From a virus, in IMG/VR virus record IMGVR_UViG_3300022707_000398: 36,118 bases of DNA. One strand, written 5' to 3'. The notes under the pieces were generated by a model, which ran no database searches, had not been told where the DNA came from, and saw nothing but the letters and a program-made list of their open reading frames with translations. The position numbers were made by a program, and so were the translations under genes. Shown here one piece after another: positions 33,355-36,118 of the stretch; within the stretch, counting starts at the first letter, position 1; the number at the start of each line of letters is the position of its first letter.

Positions 33355-33366
33355 GGAACGTGTAGT
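33355..33366 (-). promoter_or_regulatory. Early-junction motif copy 'ACTACACGTTCC' (preceded by TATGAAATT)
   Basis: Lies in a different reading frame from the other leftward copies relative to the annotated ORF. In the alternative gene model it is intergenic. Confidence 0.5.
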
Positions 33367-33376
33367 AATTTCATAA

Positions 33377-33585
33377 TTAACATGGATATTCTCCATGTGG
33401 GTTACAGTTTTTACAAGGATAACCGTTATCACAATCTTCTGGCTCATTACAACCGCGACACATATCATCACAGCAGCCGTGAAACCATCCCTCTTGGTGA
33501 CGCAACCAATCCCACCAAAGTCGTCGTCATCTAATGGTCTATCACCATCATTGTCGAATGCTTCATTCCAATGTTCATCATCCAT
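33377..33585 (-). CDS. Acidic N-terminus plus Cys-rich C-terminus protein, only obtained with a -1 frame change near 33511-33516
   Basis: Frame A from ATG 33585 gives MDDEHWNEAFDNDGDRPLDDDDFGG... Frame B, open from 33526 to the stop at 33377-33379, gives ...DWLRHQEGWFHGCCDDMCRGCNEPEDCDNGYPCKNCNPHGEYPC*. See the corresponding finding. Confidence 0.3.
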
Positions 33586-34531
33586 TTTCGACCTCACTAA
33601 CGAATAGTTGTTGCAATATGTAAACAATAACATTGATCGTCCATCCGTTGCCGAGCAGCTTATAACGCTGCGTGTTGCTTACATGGTTTGTGTAGTCTTC
33701 CGGCACATTTTGTAATCTCTCACACTCGACCGGGGATAGTCTTCTTAATGAAATGTCATTATCTTTAATCCAGGCTAAGAAGTTGTTTTGTTGCCAGGAG
33801 CTTGCCGATAATGTCGGAACCTTGCCGTTAATAGCTCTTGCGCCGGCCGGGTTATTCCCTCGACCGATGAAATGTATAAATGTAGTGCCGCTATCAAGTG
33901 ACAATTGCCCTGAATTATTTTTGGTGTTTAGCGTGCCGGTCTTGTCCGGGCTTATTCTTTTTATTGCTGTATTTGAAATTATCAAACTGCTGCAATCCTG
34001 TTCGTGGTCAACAATATCTTTAAGCAATATTCCTGTATCTTCTGGCTGATTGAAAGCCCAATTCGCCCAGTAATACCGTTTTCTATTTTGTGCACTTACC
34101 AGTGATGAATTTATCAAAACTGGCTGAACTCCAAGATATTCACTTATTATGTCCCTACTTCTCCCGGTCATTTTGACATTCTCTAATAAGAATTTAATGC
34201 CCGGGTTAAGCTTCTTAATATGTTTCCATATGTCCACAAAAACAAAGAATAGCTTACTTCGTACATCATCAAACTCAAGCTGCAACCCGGAAAAACTGAA
34301 GCCCTGACAAGGCGACCCGGCAATAAGTAAGGATATACTTGACCAGTCAATATCCCATTCCCGCCAATTCAAGATATCCCCTAATTGTATAGTACCCGGG
34401 TAATTAGCTTGTGTGACGATGTTCGCATACTGATCAATTTCGCTTGAATAGTATTTATCAACCTTAATCCCTGCTCGATCGAGAGCAAGCGCACCACATG
34501 ACATGCCGTTGAATAAAGAAAGGACGTTCAT
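33578..34531 (-). CDS. DNA (cytosine-5)-methyltransferase, orphan
   Basis: Motif I 'LSLFNGMSCG', IV 'GSPCQGFS', VI 'LENV', VIII 'SAQNRKRYYW' and X 'LLGNGWT' in canonical order. No adjacent restriction endonuclease candidate. Confidence 0.85.
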   Translation of the reverse strand: MNVLSLFNGMSCGALALDRAGIKVDKYYSSEIDQYANIVTQANYPGTIQLGDILNWREWDIDWSSISLLIAGSPCQGFSFSGLQLEFDDVRSKLFFVFVDIWKHIKKLNPGIKFLLENVKMTGRSRDIISEYLGVQPVLINSSLVSAQNRKRYYWANWAFNQPEDTGILLKDIVDHEQDCSSLIISNTAIKRISPDKTGTLNTKNNSGQLSLDSGTTFIHFIGRGNNPAGARAINGKVPTLSASSWQQNNFLAWIKDNDISLRRLSPVECERLQNVPEDYTNHVSNTQRYKLLGNGWTINVIVYILQQLFVSEVENG

Positions 34532-35046
34532 AGCTCTGCCTTTGCAATACGTCTTATAGTAGCCTCAGACGTGCTATATTTAGCCGCCAGCTCACCAATA
34601 TCCATATTATCATCAACGAGTGCCTGAATTTGTTTTGCGTGCTTCCACACCTTTGATTGTGGCTTTCCTGAGTTATTCTTACCCATTTTAGCAACCCGCT
34701 CTTTCATGGCTTTCTCAATTTCCATACAAGCGTCATAGTTCTTTTTAGCTTCTTCATAAGTAAAATCATACAGTGTATCGGTCTTAATGCTGTAGATACC
34801 TTGTGCGCCAACCTCGGCTACTGCTAGGCTCACTTTGGGCCACCAATTTTTACCTATAATAGCTATTGAATAAACAACCAACACGTCATCGGCATGCCGT
34901 AAGTCTTCAAGCGCGGCGTTCAATGCAACATACTTACTATCGTCTTCATGTATTGTATTGCAACCGTATTCATCAAGTGTTTTTCGCTGTACGCTTTTAA
35001 TCGGAACGTCCGAGTTTTTTTCTACAAAGCCTATTTTATGTGTCAT
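34528..35046 (-). CDS. Resolvase/invertase-fold protein lacking catalytic residues, with C-terminal HTH
   Basis: 'MTHKIGFVEKNSDVPIKSVQRKTLDEYGCNTIHEDD...ADDVLVVYSIAIIGKN' aligns by eye with serine-recombinase 'GYARVSTxxQ...Q...L...G...IFxD...GDxLVVxxLDRLGR'. R-V-S-T is replaced by E-K-N-S and DRLGR by IAIIGK. The C-terminus 'IGELAAKYSTSEATIRRIAK' is HTH_7-like. Confidence 0.6.
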   Translation of the reverse strand: MTHKIGFVEKNSDVPIKSVQRKTLDEYGCNTIHEDDSKYVALNAALEDLRHADDVLVVYSIAIIGKNWWPKVSLAVAEVGAQGIYSIKTDTLYDFTYEEAKKNYDACMEIEKAMKERVAKMGKNNSGKPQSKVWKHAKQIQALVDDNMDIGELAAKYSTSEATIRRIAKAEL

Positions 35047-35078
35047 TCTAACTCTTTCAATTATTTTGTATTAATGAA

Positions 35079-35115
35079 TTGACATTACTTTATGACAATG
35101 CTAATAATATGTCAA
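35079..35115. promoter_or_regulatory. Overlapping divergent sigma70-like promoters with inverted-repeat operator
   Basis: Rightward: TTGACA (35079-35084), 17 nt, TAATAA (35102-35107). Leftward: TTGACA (35115-35110), 17 nt, TAAAGT (35092-35087). The two -35 boxes form the inverted repeat TTGACAT...ATGTCAA, with a third half-site ATGACAA at 35092-35098. Confidence 0.55.
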
Positions 35116-35130
35116 TACTAATTATGAAAT

Positions 35131-35151
35131 ACTTTACGCCCGTTATCGGGC
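35131..35151 (+). promoter_or_regulatory. Early-junction motif copy 'ACTTTACGCCCG' plus hairpin GCCCG-TTAT-CGGGC in the 5' leader (preceded by TATGAAAT)
   Basis: Lies downstream of the predicted rightward promoter and 36 nt before the ATG at 35167, so the element is expected to be transcribed. Confidence 0.55.
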
Positions 35152-35166
35152 ACAGAAAGGGAAACC

Positions 35167-35526
35167 ATGTTAAATAAAGAAGAAAAGAAACGTATCAAGA
35201 CGTTAGAGGACAAATTAGATGCTACCGATAAGTCTGTGGGTGATCGTCTTAACAAAGCTATGATCGTTGAAATGCAGAAAATACAACAGGAAGAGTTAGA
35301 TAAAAGCAATAAGGAAAAGCTAGACACTGTAAAACGTATGGTTAAATCTGTACTGGCAGAAAGTGGCGTTGTTGACGTTATTGAGGCACAATTTAAACGC
35401 TTCTTAGATGATGCTATGGAGCACGGCAACGACGAGGGTTATAGTAGACATTCCTCTATGCGTTATGGGGGTAGTCATAAAAAAGAAGAATTTAATTATC
35501 CGTCACTAAACGATTTATTTAATTAA
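35167..35526 (+). CDS. Coiled-coil early protein (119 aa)
   Basis: ORF track; SD AAAGGGA; first gene of the rightward early arm. Confidence 0.65.
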   Translation: MLNKEEKKRIKTLEDKLDATDKSVGDRLNKAMIVEMQKIQQEELDKSNKEKLDTVKRMVKSVLAESGVVDVIEAQFKRFLDDAMEHGNDEGYSRHSSMRYGGSHKKEEFNYPSLNDLFN

Positions 35527-35527
35527 T

Positions 35528-35549
35528 ACTTAACGCCCGATGTGGGGCG
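35528..35549 (+). promoter_or_regulatory. Early-junction motif copy 'ACTTAACGCCC' plus hairpin CGCCC-GATGTG-GGGCG
   Basis: Starts 2 nt after the stop at 35524-35526. It is followed by the tRNA-like gene rather than a CDS. Confidence 0.55.
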
Positions 35550-35598
35550 GCGTGGAAAGTGGACACGCTTAGCAAAGTGATTAACCGTCATATAGCTA

Positions 35599-35690
35599 AA
35601 TAATGTAGCTCAGAGGATAGAGCAGCTTTCGAAATCTTTGTGGTGAAGAAAATAGTCAGTGTGTCATGGGTTCGAGTCCCATCATTATAA
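35599..35690 (+). tRNA. tRNA-like gene with canonical D and T arms, an AT-only acceptor stem (A1-A72 mismatch), no encoded CCA and a 41-nt central region with no canonical anticodon arm
   Basis: Acceptor AATAATG (35599-35605) / CATTATA (35683-35689). TA precedes the D arm GCTC-AGAGGATA-GAGC. T arm is ATGGG-TTCGAGT-CCCAT. The 41 nt from 35625 to 35665 are about 19 nt more than a class I tRNA needs. Confidence 0.45.
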
Positions 35691-35698
35691 ATAGCAGG

Positions 35699-35708
35699 AT
35701 TAACGCCC
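35699..35708 (+). promoter_or_regulatory. Early-junction motif, variant 'ATTAACGCCC'
   Basis: Lies 9 nt after the tRNA-like element. It is followed by CCCCACATCG (35712-35721), the inverted complement of CGATGTGGGG (35538-35547). Confidence 0.45.
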
Positions 35709-35730
35709 TGCCCCCACATCGTAATCTATA

Positions 35731-35740
35731 ACTTAACACC
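35731..35740 (+). promoter_or_regulatory. Early-junction motif, variant 'ACTTAACACC'
   Basis: Lies 20 nt upstream of the ATG at 35751, followed by SD GGAG. Confidence 0.4.
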
Positions 35741-35750
35741 GGAGAATATC

Positions 35751-35972
35751 ATGTTTAAGTGGTATAAAAAAAGACAAAAGAAAAAGATTAATGATATAGC
35801 AAATGCCGTTGTGCAAAAGCTCCATGACCAACAAGGATGGCACAAGTTTTTACCTCCTGTTGCAATGAGAGATAAGATTTATATGGTCACAGAAAACGGC
35901 TCAATCTATTGTCTGTATTATGATGAAGTGCAACGAACTGAAATGGTGATGAAAATCACAGAAATAAATTAA
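35751..35972 (+). CDS. Hypothetical early protein (73 aa)
   Basis: ORF track; SD GGAGAA. Confidence 0.6.
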   Translation: MFKWYKKRQKKKINDIANAVVQKLHDQQGWHKFLPPVAMRDKIYMVTENGSIYCLYYDEVQRTEMVMKITEIN

Positions 35973-35974
35973 TC

Positions 35975-36118
35975 ACTAAACGCCCCACGGGGCAGGGAGA
36001 ATATAAAATGGAAATAGATGAAAAAACATTTACGGCTGTAAGAGATAGCCAAAAGATACTAGCTGAATATATTGTGCCAAATAGTGGTATTTCAGACCAT
36101 AATGTTATTAGTAGGTTA
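35975..36118. repeat. Terminal direct duplication, copy 2 (identical to 1..144; includes a truncated second copy of CDS 34..459 from 36008)
   Basis: See copy 1. Confidence 0.9.

Noticed and set aside
31588-33366. AACGTT palindrome inside the leftward motif copies as the target of the phage C5 methyltransferase, or as a restriction-site island
   Set aside because: The rightward copies read AACGCC, which is not palindromic, and some leftward copies read CACGTT or GACGTT. The conserved unit is therefore the asymmetric ACTTAACG-YYC. The methyltransferase target cannot be deduced from sequence alone.
33172-33633. 153-aa ORF taken at face value as one gene
   Set aside because: It begins inside the methyltransferase gene and reads through a junction motif plus an SD+ATG. 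It contains an implausible middle segment, so I split it into 33172..33342 and a frame-shifted 33377..33585 model.
1-36118. CRISPR arrays, transposons/IS elements and known defence or anti-defence operons
   Set aside because: I saw no spacer-repeat periodicity, no transposase-like ORF and no inverted terminal repeats bounding a cassette. The only long exact repeat is the 144-bp assembly overlap.

Overview
The window is one complete, circularly closed or circularly permuted phage genome. Bases 1-144 are repeated exactly at 35975-36118, giving a unit length of 35,974 bp. From my own reading of the ORF translations (no database search was run), the morphogenesis module looks P22-like. It runs small and large terminase, a 735-aa portal with a Gln-rich coiled-coil tail, scaffold, P22-type coat, gp4-like adaptor, gp10-like hub, three large ejection-type proteins and a tail fiber. 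A lysis cassette follows: an M15 peptidase plus a GTA-type 3-TM holin and several membrane proteins. The rest is a recombination and regulation set: DnaQ-like and YqaJ-like exonucleases, a RuvC-like resolvase, a DUF1376 replication protein, YopX, a GcrA-like regulator, a C5-cytosine methyltransferase, small HTH proteins and many tiny Cys-rich early proteins. I saw no DNA or RNA polymerase, integrase or CRISPR array. GcrA-like, DUF2312-like and GTA-holin-like genes suggest an alphaproteobacterial host (inference). Transcription falls into four blocks organised around two divergent control regions, at about 5320-5467 and 35047-35166. The most unusual signals are: (1) an oriented ~12-20 nt element, (tATGAAAt)ACTTAACG-YYC, often followed by a hairpin that overlaps the Shine-Dalgarno, at almost every gene junction of both early arms; (2) two tRNA-like genes with canonical acceptor, D and T arms but oversized central regions with no canonical anticodon arm; (3) a resolvase-fold protein that lacks the catalytic residues and heads an early operon. 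Most start codons are approximate, and all family names need HMM or BLAST confirmation.
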